From Parcubacteria group bacterium Gr01-1014_30 (GTDB lineage Bacteria; Patescibacteriota; Minisyncoccia; Minisyncoccales; 2-12-FULL-40-12), in assembly GCA_007376185.1 (NCBI GenBank), contig VMFS01000005.1, positions 1 through 46,617 of the forward strand: DNA of 46,617 nt, given 5' to 3'. This document shows, piece by piece, positions 39,373 through 46,617 of this stretch. A program made the translations under genes and the position numbers. The notes below the pieces were generated by a model, which saw nothing but the letters and a program-made list of their open reading frames with translations, made no database searches and was not told the DNA's origin. The number at the start of each line of letters is the position of its first letter. Position 1 is the first letter of the stretch.

Positions 39373-40538
39373 ATAAGAATTTCATTGTACGTTTTCTCGT
39401 ATTCAGACACCATTCTTTCAGCGGTAAACTTTTCTTCAACAAGGGCTCGGCAATTTTCTCTCAATTCAAGATAATCTTTTTTAGGCATACCGTATATTCT
39501 TTTTACTGCCTCAACCATACCGGCAATGCCGGTTTTTTTAATCAGCCAGTTTCCTCTGACGTCTTTTGGCGAAGAGTTGACGATAAATCCGGTTTGACCG
39601 TCTTTTACGATTTCTGGCACAGACCCTCTGGCAAAAGCGACAACTGGGGTTCCGCAAGCCATTGATTCTATCATTACTAGACCAAATGGTTCTTCCCATT
39701 GTATAGGAAAAACTGTTGCTTTTGATCTGCCGTAAAAAGAAGGGACCTCGCTTCTTTTCACAGTTCCGTGATATTTTATCTTTCCCTCGCTTCTTTTGAC
39801 CTTCTCCATTATGCGGTCTTGGACATAATTTCTGTCCAATTCTTCCATAGAAAAGGCTCCAATAATGTCCAGCTTTTTTTGGGCTTTTTCGACAACTTCA
39901 ACGGCCTCTCCAATGCCTTTTGTCTTTTTCAATCTTCCAGTAAAAAGTAGGTTGTTCCCACCTTTTGCCGAAAAGGGGAACCTTGCCAGTTCCAGGCCGT
40001 TGTAGATGGTTTTCGTAAACTTGAGACCAGGGTAAGATTTTCTTTGGTAGTTTGATATGGAAACAAAGTAGTTCTCCTTTTTTCTAAACAACTTTTTGAG
40101 CCGACTTTCTAATTCAGGATACAAACAAATGCCGTGCACAGTGAACACAAATGGAGTATCAACTTCCTTGGCAACAATGAGTTCTGCCAAAGGATTATTT
40201 GTATGCACATGCACCAAGTCAAACTTTTCTTTCCGGCAGGCCTCAATGAGCCGCAAGTAAATATCCATCTGCAAACTCATTATCATTGTTGTTCTCAAAC
40301 TGGGGTTGGCAATGCTGTAAAGCTCGTTTCCTGAGATAATGGACCGAAAGGGGTTGGTGGAAGTAAAAATTTTTTTTACTTTTATGGTAGAACTCTTGGG
40401 GCACAGAAAAAAAACGTCATGCCCCCTTTTTTTTAAAATTAAAGCCAATGGCACACTCACATTGGCATCTGCTCTTATTAAATCTTCTGGCGGAGGAATC
40501 GGCTGGATGTCGCTTATGTTGGTGAAAAGTATTTTCAT
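39369..40538 (-). CDS. GT4 family glycosyltransferase
   Basis: IYNGLE, FTGRL..KGI, WEEPFGLVMIESMACGTPVVAF. Confidence 0.93.
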
Positions 40539-41839
40539 ACCTTGCCGCCGATTAGTTGGCTATATATGTTAGAAATCTGTTCAGCTATTTTTTTCCAGGA
40601 ATAATTTTCTACAACGTTTTTATAGCCGTTTTCCGTTAAAGTTTTTGCCAGCTCAGGGGACTTATGAATTTTAAGAACTTTTTCTTTCAAATCAACAGGG
40701 TTTCTTGGTTGAAACAGGAGGCCGTTTACGTTATCTTGGATTATTTTAGCCAGTCCGCCGACGTTAGAGGCGATGATAGTGGTTTTACAGGCCATGCTTT
40801 CTAGAGTCACCAGACCGAAGGGTTCGTAGTAAGATGGTACCACAAGCGCGTTGGCCGAGCAATAAAAAAGATGCAAGCGGTTATTGTCAACGCAGCCAAG
40901 AAAATTGATAGTATTTTCCATGCCAAGGTCTCCGACGATTTTTAAAAGCCGCTGATATTCTTTGAAGTCATCTGTGTTTTTCTGGCGACCGTAGATTTTG
41001 CCCCCTATTATTAGAACTTTTAAGTGTGCAACTTCGCTTTTTAATAGATTGGCAGCGTGTATAAGCGTTCCAATGCCTTTTCTCCACTCCAGACGTCCCA
41101 CAAACAAGATAATAAGCTCTTTTTCTGGCAGAGCGAGTTTTTTTCTGGCTTCCTGGCGGGAGACTGGAGAAAATATTTTTAAGTTAACGCCTCCTGGGAT
41201 AACCTCTATTTTTTCCTCGAAGGTCTTGTATTGTTGTTGTAAAAAAAGCTTTTCCGAGCTGGACAAGCTTATTATTGCGTCGGCATGTTTGCTTATTTCT
41301 TCTTCAAGGGACAACCTTTTATCAAAAATGTCTTTGCCGTTGTTCTTGTAAGAGTATTGCTCTTTTACCTGCAGACGAATTTTGCCAAGAGAGTGAAAAT
41401 TCTGCAAAAAAGGAACTGAAAACTGCTTGCTGGCTTTCGCGGCCAGCCAACCGCCGTCCCAGTAATGTCCGTGGAACAAGCTATAGGAGTTTTGACGGTT
41501 GATAAACTTAAGAAAGTTTTCGTATAACTCAGGCAGAAAGTCAAACAATAACTTTCTGCTGATGTACTTTATTGGCCCTCCTTGCAGTCGGATTAAACGG
41601 GAATTTCTGCCAATCAAAGATACTGATTTTTTGTGACGGCTGTCCAGCCGGGCAAAAGCATCAATAGACCAGCCATTTTTATCCAACTCCCGTAAAAGAG
41701 AATTAACATAAACAGCTTGGCCTCCGCTTTCTTGGGCTCCCAGTTGGGCTAGCGGGTCGTCATGGCAAAACATTGCCACTCTTTTGCGCAGAGGACTTTT
41801 ATCTGGCGCTGGCTCTGATTCTGAAGATGTTTTCTCCAT
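40535..41839 (-). CDS. GT4 family glycosyltransferase (MshA/sucrose-phosphate-synthase-like)
   Basis: DPLAQLG..SGGQAVYV, HGHYWDGG, FHSLG, FVGRLEWRKG, YEPFGLVTLESMAC. Confidence 0.92.
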   Translation of the reverse strand: MEKTSSESEPAPDKSPLRKRVAMFCHDDPLAQLGAQESGGQAVYVNSLLRELDKNGWSIDAFARLDSRHKKSVSLIGRNSRLIRLQGGPIKYISRKLLFDFLPELYENFLKFINRQNSYSLFHGHYWDGGWLAAKASKQFSVPFLQNFHSLGKIRLQVKEQYSYKNNGKDIFDKRLSLEEEISKHADAIISLSSSEKLFLQQQYKTFEEKIEVIPGGVNLKIFSPVSRQEARKKLALPEKELIILFVGRLEWRKGIGTLIHAANLLKSEVAHLKVLIIGGKIYGRQKNTDDFKEYQRLLKIVGDLGMENTINFLGCVDNNRLHLFYCSANALVVPSYYEPFGLVTLESMACKTTIIASNVGGLAKIIQDNVNGLLFQPRNPVDLKEKVLKIHKSPELAKTLTENGYKNVVENYSWKKIAEQISNIYSQLIGGKV

Positions 41840-41941
41840 CTTAAAAACCCCCGTTTATGGGGAAATTATCATATTTTAACTTTTGCCACCAAATATGTCA
41901 ACTCTTTAAATTTTTTCGCATTTATGATATAATACATATGT

Positions 41942-43663
41942 ATGGCAAGCTCGCAGGTTGCCGAAATCAAAAACCGTCTTGACATCGTTGAACTAATCGG
42001 CTCTTACATAAAACTCCAGAAAGCTGGAGCCAATTTTCGGGCTCTCTGCCCTTTTCACTCGGAAAAAAGCCCGTCGTTTTTCGTTTCGCCCTCGCGCCAA
42101 ATCTGGCATTGTTTTGGAGGTTGCGGGCAGGGCGGCGACATTTTCAAATTTATAATGCTGATTGAAGGCGTGGAATTCGGCGATGCCCTGCGTCAGTTGG
42201 CTCAAAAAGCCGGAGTGGTTTTAAAAAGAGAAAGCCCGGAATTGCGCACTCAACGCCAGCGGCTTTACGAAATTTGCGAGCTGGCAACTTTGTTTTTTGA
42301 AAAGCAGTTGGAAGAACAAAGGAGCGGAAAGTTAGCCAAAGAGTATCTTCTGAGGAGGGGCATTAACGAAGAGTCAGTCAAAAAATGGCGCATAGGTTGG
42401 AGCCCAGAGGTTTGGCAAGGACTTTCCGATTTTTTGGTGAGCAAAGGGTTCAGCAGAGCAGAGATTGAAAAAGCAGGGCTTTCCGTTAAAAGCGACAAAG
42501 GATCTTTTTACGACAGATTTCGCGGCCGCATAGTTTTTCCGGTGTTTGATTTGAGTTCTCAAGTAGTCGGCTTTGGCGGCAGGGTTTTTGCTTCGTCCGC
42601 CGAAGCTTTAGCGAAGGCGGAGAAAGAGCAAGTTGCAAAATACGTTAATATTCCCAATACTTTGCTTTACGATAAAAGCCGGATTTTGTATGGTTTGGAC
42701 AAAGCCAAGCAAGACATCAGGCAAAAGCAAGAGTGCATACTCGTTGAGGGTTACACCGACGCCATTTTGGTTTCTCAAGCAGGCTTTCCCAATGTTGTGG
42801 CGGTTTCGGGCACAGCTTTAACTCCTTTTCATCTAAATATCCTTAAAAGATATTCAGAAAACCTCTTAACGGCTTTTGACATGGATTTTGCCGGAGATTC
42901 CGCCACCAAAAGAGGCGTTGATTTGGCTCAGGAGATGGGTTTTAACATAAAAGTTCTGCTGCTGTCGGAAGGTTCAGACCCAGCCGATATTGTCGCTCAA
43001 GACGCGGGACTCTTTTCAAAACTCTTGCAGGAGGCCCGTTCAATACTTGAGTTTTATTTTGAAACAACTTTTTCGCGTTTTAACCCGGCTTTGCCCGAAA
43101 ATAAAACAGCGATTTCCAAACTTTTGCTCCCAGTCATTAAAAGAATTCCCAACTCCATTGAGAGGTCTTTTTGGGTTAGAGAATTGGCGAGGCGCCTTGA
43201 AGTGAGAGAAGACGATGTGCTGGAAGAGTTAAAAAAAGTCGGGCCAAAAAAATACGACCGAGTTCCAGAAAATCAGGAGACCACTGTCGTACATCAAAAA
43301 TCGCGCCGAGAACTTTTGGAAGAACAACTTTTGGCGCTGGCGTTTAAGTTTCCCGAATGCCTAAAATCGCTTGACCAAGAGGCCCAAGTCGTTCTTGCCG
43401 ACTTAAAACACAGAGTCGAGGCGCAGCAAGAGTATTTTAACTATATTTATTTGAAAGCCGAAGTGGAAGAACTGCAAAAAAAAGATGCCCTGCCCGAAAT
43501 TCAGTTCTGCCTGAAAGAAATCAAGTGTTTGGACATTAAAAATGAACTGGGGCAAATTTCCAGAGAGATAAAAAAGGCGGAGCAAGAAAGAAACATTCAG
43601 AAAACGGCTGAGTTGACCAAGAAGTTTGACCGAATAAGCAAAACAATGATTCAGCTAACGTAA
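41942..43663 (+). CDS. dnaG: DNA primase
   Basis: CPFHSEKSPSF..WHCFGGC, DRFRGRIVFP, VEGYTD, FDMDFAG TOPRIM. Confidence 0.98.
   Translation: MASSQVAEIKNRLDIVELIGSYIKLQKAGANFRALCPFHSEKSPSFFVSPSRQIWHCFGGCGQGGDIFKFIMLIEGVEFGDALRQLAQKAGVVLKRESPELRTQRQRLYEICELATLFFEKQLEEQRSGKLAKEYLLRRGINEESVKKWRIGWSPEVWQGLSDFLVSKGFSRAEIEKAGLSVKSDKGSFYDRFRGRIVFPVFDLSSQVVGFGGRVFASSAEALAKAEKEQVAKYVNIPNTLLYDKSRILYGLDKAKQDIRQKQECILVEGYTDAILVSQAGFPNVVAVSGTALTPFHLNILKRYSENLLTAFDMDFAGDSATKRGVDLAQEMGFNIKVLLLSEGSDPADIVAQDAGLFSKLLQEARSILEFYFETTFSRFNPALPENKTAISKLLLPVIKRIPNSIERSFWVRELARRLEVREDDVLEELKKVGPKKYDRVPENQETTVVHQKSRRELLEEQLLALAFKFPECLKSLDQEAQVVLADLKHRVEAQQEYFNYIYLKAEVEELQKKDALPEIQFCLKEIKCLDIKNELGQISREIKKAEQERNIQKTAELTKKFDRISKTMIQLT
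42596..42621 (+). repeat. 26-bp palindromic in-frame insertion in dnaG (SAEALAKA)
   Basis: tccgcc-gaagctttagcgaa-ggcgga between the GFGGRV and AKYVN motifs. Confidence 0.6.
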
Positions 43664-43726
43664 GTTAGGGATTGAACGTTGACAAAAAAATAGCGGAATT
43701 TGTTGAATGGTAAAGGAGATGAGGAA

Positions 43727-44818
43727 ATGAAGCGAGGAGAGACGTCGCGAATTGAAAGGTACTTGCGTGATTTCAGGGAAAGGTTTGAACCTTTCTTAAC
43801 TGGATGGTTGGAAAGAGAGGTTGTGCGTTTGACTGAAGTTGACAGGATTGGCAGGGTTATGGCCGAGGCCATCAGCGAGTTCACCCTAAGAGGCGGAAAG
43901 AGAATCAGAGCCGCATTGGTGAATATTGGTTATAGTTTGGCAGGAGGCCTTGACGCTTCCAGGATTTTTCTGGCATGCGTGGCTTACGAACTGCTCCACG
44001 CTTACTTTTTGATCCAAGACGACATTGCTGACAAAGATTACACGCGACGGGGCAGACCAACCGTTCACCGTAGATTCCAGGAAATCTACTCTGAGATACT
44101 GAGCCCTCTTTCGGAGGAGGAGAGGGAGCATTTTGCCAACTCGATAGCGATGTTTGACGGCAACATATGCCGTTCCATGGCTTTTAAGGCACTTTCAGAG
44201 CTTGACTTCAGCACCGAGCTAGTTCTCAAAGCCGTGAGGCATTTTGGCGCTCTTGATGAGAGCACGAATGTTGGACAAGTGGTGGACATCTTGGCGCCGC
44301 TTAAGGCAGGGTTTATGGAAAAAGGCGTTATGAAAATCGCCCAACTTAAGACGGCAAGATACACCATTGAAGGGCCGTTGCAGCTTGGAATGATTTTGGC
44401 GGGAGCTGGCGATGAACAGTTGCGCCAGATCAGCGATTACGCTATACCAGTTGGCGAAGCTTTCCAGATTAGGGATGACATTTTGGGGGTCTTTGGTTCA
44501 GAAGAGGAAATGGGGAAACCCGTTACTTCCGACCTTGAAGAGGCAAAAAAAACTTTGCTAACGGTTTTTGTTCAGCGAAGAGGAGGAAGGTTTTGGAAGA
44601 AACTGTCTCCTGTGCTTGGCAAGAAAGGATTGACTCTAATGGAGCTTAAGGAGGCGCGGGCGATTTTCAGAAGCTCCGGCGCCCTTAGGGAAGCAGAGGT
44701 GTTTGCGTGTAAGTTGGTTGAAGAAGGGAAGTCGGCCCTTGGACGTTTGAGTCTGCCTGAAGAATTTAAGGCATTGCTTTCGGAACTCGCCGATTATCTG
44801 GTCGCCAGGAGGACTTAA
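43727..44818 (+). CDS. Polyprenyl diphosphate synthase (GGPP/IdsA-like)
   Basis: GGKRIR, DDIADKDYTRRGRPT (FARM), GQVVD, KTARYT, FQIRDDILG (SARM). Confidence 0.93.
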   Translation: MKRGETSRIERYLRDFRERFEPFLTGWLEREVVRLTEVDRIGRVMAEAISEFTLRGGKRIRAALVNIGYSLAGGLDASRIFLACVAYELLHAYFLIQDDIADKDYTRRGRPTVHRRFQEIYSEILSPLSEEEREHFANSIAMFDGNICRSMAFKALSELDFSTELVLKAVRHFGALDESTNVGQVVDILAPLKAGFMEKGVMKIAQLKTARYTIEGPLQLGMILAGAGDEQLRQISDYAIPVGEAFQIRDDILGVFGSEEEMGKPVTSDLEEAKKTLLTVFVQRRGGRFWKKLSPVLGKKGLTLMELKEARAIFRSSGALREAEVFACKLVEEGKSALGRLSLPEEFKALLSELADYLVARRT

Positions 44819-44822
44819 GGAG

Positions 44823-45341
44823 GTGGTGATGACAAGCCGCCGAAAAAAAAGATTTGCAAGGACTGTTGTGAACTTCTTGGCACAGCTGTTCCCATTCTTT
44901 ACCAAAAAAAGGGGGGTTGCCTTGATTGTCAGGAACCAGATAGGGTTAATTCTTGTGCTTCGGGAGCTCGAAACAAAGCCTGAAATTGGCAAGCATGCCG
45001 GAATGTTTTCAATTCCAATGGAGACGGTTGAGCCGGGGGAGCATGACGTTCAGGCTATTAAGCGGCTTATTGAAGAGGAATTGCCCGGCTTAATCTCAAA
45101 AATCAAAGTTGTGCAGACGAGATTTGGTCTTTATAGAGTCGGCCACCGCACTTGGGCCACACTTTATACTGCCACTGCTTCCGATGACTCCTTGCCCGAC
45201 CCACAAGCCGTCGGCGTTGCCGGACACCAGTGGGTTTCCCCACCAGAAGCGTTGGCCTTGCATTTGCGCAGAGGGGCCAGAGAAATGATTGAAGATTACA
45301 TTAGTGGGCGTTCGTTCGTAGTACGTCGTAACTGCCGTTGA
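44823..45341 (+). CDS. Nudix-fold protein with degenerate Nudix box
   Basis: GMFSIPMETVEPGE..QAIKRLIEEELPG, HQWVS. Confidence 0.7.
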   Translation: MVMTSRRKKRFARTVVNFLAQLFPFFTKKRGVALIVRNQIGLILVLRELETKPEIGKHAGMFSIPMETVEPGEHDVQAIKRLIEEELPGLISKIKVVQTRFGLYRVGHRTWATLYTATASDDSLPDPQAVGVAGHQWVSPPEALALHLRRGAREMIEDYISGRSFVVRRNCR

Positions 45342-45345
45342 ATAT

Positions 45346-46152
45346 TTAAAGCAACACAGTTGTTCCTTTCACCGTTTGACCGATTAACACTTTACTTATG
45401 AGATAAGGCCTTTGTCCGTTAAACACAAAGGCCTTCTTATTTTTTAGGAATGCTAGTTGCTTCAACTTACCTGGCATTTGTCCCGAAACGTCGTTTGCTC
45501 CCATTTTTTCAATAGCGCCGTGTTTTTTTATCAGCGAGTTAAGTTCTTTTCGGTCAAGAAGTTTCATAGGTCTTTCGCTTCTTGACGGCGGAAAATTTTT
45601 ATAAACACCCTCAACGTCCGTGGCGAAAAGAATTTGAGAGCTCTTGATTTTTTTGGCCAGGATTACGGCTATTTCGTCAGCTGAAAGAATATAAACTTTG
45701 TCGCTTCCGCCCAAAACCAAGTCGCCGCCCAGCAGAGGCGTACCTCCTCTTTTGACGATTGTTTCAAGGACGGAAAAGTTTCTCAAAATGGTTTTATCTC
45801 GCTGCCTTTCAAACAAAGAGCTTGTTTGCAGGGGGACCAAAGGCAGGCCTGTTTCTGCAAATATTTTGGCAATTTGGTTGCCGAGGTTTCTTAAAGTTGT
45901 AATAACTTCGGCTATGTTCCTCAAAGAGTAGGTTTCAATTTTGCGATTTTTTAACTTGTACTTATAAACAAGCGGATGGCCGAAAGATCCTGCTCCATTC
46001 AGCAGAATGAGCTTCAGCTTCGGTTTTTGCCTTAGAGCGCCGGCGATTTGTTTAGCGGTTTTTTTGACAAATGCAGTTTTCAAAACTGGTTTGCCGAGTT
46101 TTTTTTGGGTGATAATACTTCCGCCGAGCTTGAGAATTATGGTTTTTGGCAT
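45346..46152 (-). CDS. Isopentenyl phosphate kinase (amino-acid-kinase fold)
   Basis: ILKLGGSIITQK, GAGSFGHP, PLLGGD, ILSADEI, TDVEGVY, DVSGQMPGKL. Confidence 0.85.
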   Translation of the reverse strand: MPKTIILKLGGSIITQKKLGKPVLKTAFVKKTAKQIAGALRQKPKLKLILLNGAGSFGHPLVYKYKLKNRKIETYSLRNIAEVITTLRNLGNQIAKIFAETGLPLVPLQTSSLFERQRDKTILRNFSVLETIVKRGGTPLLGGDLVLGGSDKVYILSADEIAVILAKKIKSSQILFATDVEGVYKNFPPSRSERPMKLLDRKELNSLIKKHGAIEKMGANDVSGQMPGKLKQLAFLKNKKAFVFNGQRPYLISKVLIGQTVKGTTVLL

Positions 46153-46211
46153 CAACTTAATTATATCATGATTTGATATTACGGCCGTAACCTGCTAATA
46201 TACAAAAGTTC

Positions 46212-46617
46212 ATGAAGAAATCTAAAAAGCCAAGAAAGATTGGCGCCAAAAAGTTAAAGAAAAGGATCTCAAAACGCAAACCTCGCAAGAAAGTTGTTTC
46301 AAAAAAAGCGGCGCGCAAGAGTAATCCAAAAAAAAGAAAAAGAGTGATCCGCCGGGGACCCCGAAGTAGAGCAGGCTCACTACGGGGCAGGGTTTTTTCG
46401 CCGGAAAAAGTTGCAGAGCTTGTTGACAAAGGAAAGGAAAGGGGCTTCGTTACAATGGCTGAAATCTTATATTTCTTTCCCGAAATGGAAAAAGACGTTC
46501 AAGGTCTGGAGAACTTGTACGAGGTTTTGGAGAAAGGCGGCGTTGAAGTAAAAGAAACAAAGGGATTTTTGCAAATCCAAGAAGAGTCGGGCAAGAAAGC
46601 CGCAAAAGTACTGGAAC
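46212..46617 (+). CDS. rpoD: RNA polymerase primary sigma factor, 5' part (basic extension + region 1.1), runs off the window; not in the ORF track
   Basis: Open frame from ATG 46212: Lys/Arg-rich leader, then LVDKGKERGFVTMAEILYFFPEMEKDVQGLENLYEVLEKGGVEV; near dnaG. Confidence 0.85.
   Translation, partial: MKKSKKPRKIGAKKLKKRISKRKPRKKVVSKKAARKSNPKKRKRVIRRGPRSRAGSLRGRVFSPEKVAELVDKGKERGFVTMAEILYFFPEMEKDVQGLENLYEVLEKGGVEVKETKGFLQIQEESGKKAAKVLE
46359..46387. repeat. Short hairpin element in-frame in the rpoD N-terminus
   Basis: ccccgaagtagagcaggctcactacgggg; resembles 25072-25104. Confidence 0.6.

Overview
Bacterial chromosome segment. Gene content and style suggest a Patescibacteria/CPR (Parcubacteria-like) genome; this is inference from the short ATP synthase delta/epsilon subunits, type IV pilus plus cohesin/dockerin surface genes, CTQEAKxCPDG membrane proteins and mostly SD-less starts. 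Order: an array of three paralogous membrane proteins interleaved with toxin-antitoxin-like pairs (1-3252, with a 99-bp exact direct repeat), uvrC/uvrA, groES-groEL, HK/RR plus type IV pilus locus, three cohesin-domain surface proteins, lemA-htpX, tRNA-Ser(GGA) followed by an accessory tract (GIY-YIG nuclease, TA pair, DUF6602-like protein, VOC protein, repeat surface protein, pilin-like Hint protein, MFS), alkA-like glycosylase, atpBEFHAGDC, two GT4 glycosyltransferases, dnaG, an isoprenoid trio (polyprenyl synthase, Nudix, isopentenyl-phosphate kinase) and the 5' end of rpoD. The most striking unexplained signal is a dense population of about 25 very short (24-180 bp) non-coding palindromic or heptamer-repeat insertions. 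They fall into several families. Several have 3-4-bp flanking direct repeats, several are nested in one another, and many sit in-frame inside housekeeping genes (uvrA, uvrC, dnaG, rpoD, atpF, atpG, a pilin) or on regulatory sites (CIRCE, pilC start codon). No transposase is present in the window. A stand-alone GIY-YIG nuclease preceded by such elements is the only local candidate mobiliser.
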